From assembly GCA_044220955.1 (NCBI GenBank), contig JBGAQA010000048.1, positions 1-48,217 on the forward strand: a stretch of DNA of 48,217 bases, written 5' to 3'. The notes beneath the pieces are model-generated. The model was given only the letters and a program-made list of their open reading frames with translations, was not told the DNA's origin and made no database searches. The first letter of the stretch is position 1. Each line of letters opens with the position of its first letter. The position numbers were made by a program, and so were the translations under genes. The DNA is from Sandaracinaceae bacterium. GTDB lineage: Bacteria > Myxococcota_A > Polyangia > Polyangiales > Sandaracinaceae. Shown piece after piece: positions 48,118 through 48,217 of this stretch.

Positions 48118-48217
48118 ATGTTGCGCGTGCGCGGTCGGGTCGCTCGGCGGCACATCGTCGTGGCTGACGCGGTCGATCTCCCCGAGTGGACCGAGGTCGA
48201 TCTCGTCGTCGTCGACG
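48118..48217 (+). CDS. Partial small protein resembling AF2212/DUF104-like antitoxin N-terminus (3'-truncated)
   Basis: MLRVRGRVARRHIVVADAVDLPEWTEVDLVVVD resembles the V..G.I....DLPEG.EV.L pattern. TATGAT (48106-48111) lies 6 nt upstream. Confidence 0.4.
   Translation, partial: MLRVRGRVARRHIVVADAVDLPEWTEVDLVVVD

Overview
A very GC-rich bacterial chromosomal segment. Gene style (lipoproteins with DAG-type linkers, a giant TPR protein, PPC and TSP3 domains) suggests Myxococcota, possibly Polyangiales/Sandaracinaceae-like; this is inferred by eye, not from a database search. About 38 genes are supportable. They include trpB(5'-truncated)-trpA, an RlmI-like methyltransferase, several exported lipoproteins (Kelch, PPC-caspase, amidohydrolase-TSP3-LTD, SmpA-like), a POT peptide transporter, a divergent-type membrane H+-pyrophosphatase, and moaA followed by an SQR / DUF1641-TusE fusion / DsrE-like sulfur-relay cluster. 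Further on are a cold-shock gene, a helicase-associated protein divergent from a DEDDh exonuclease with a WYL-like tail, TPR proteins, pdxH, a TetR/Coq4 divergon, DUF2515, a class II photolyase broken by an internal deletion, and an ILVBL-like TPP enzyme divergent from an NAD-linked formate dehydrogenase operon (NuoEF fusion, FdhF/FdsA, FdhD). No rRNA, tRNA, CRISPR array, transposase or integrase was seen. The best candidates for something new are: (1) a ~425-nt densely structured non-coding element at 37355-37780; (2) near-total lysine avoidance in the exported proteins; (3) the TPP-lyase/FDH pairing; and (4) the SQR-DUF1641-TusE-DsrE module. Most long ORFs in the supplied track are GC-rich shadow frames. 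Family assignments come from motif recognition and need HMM confirmation.
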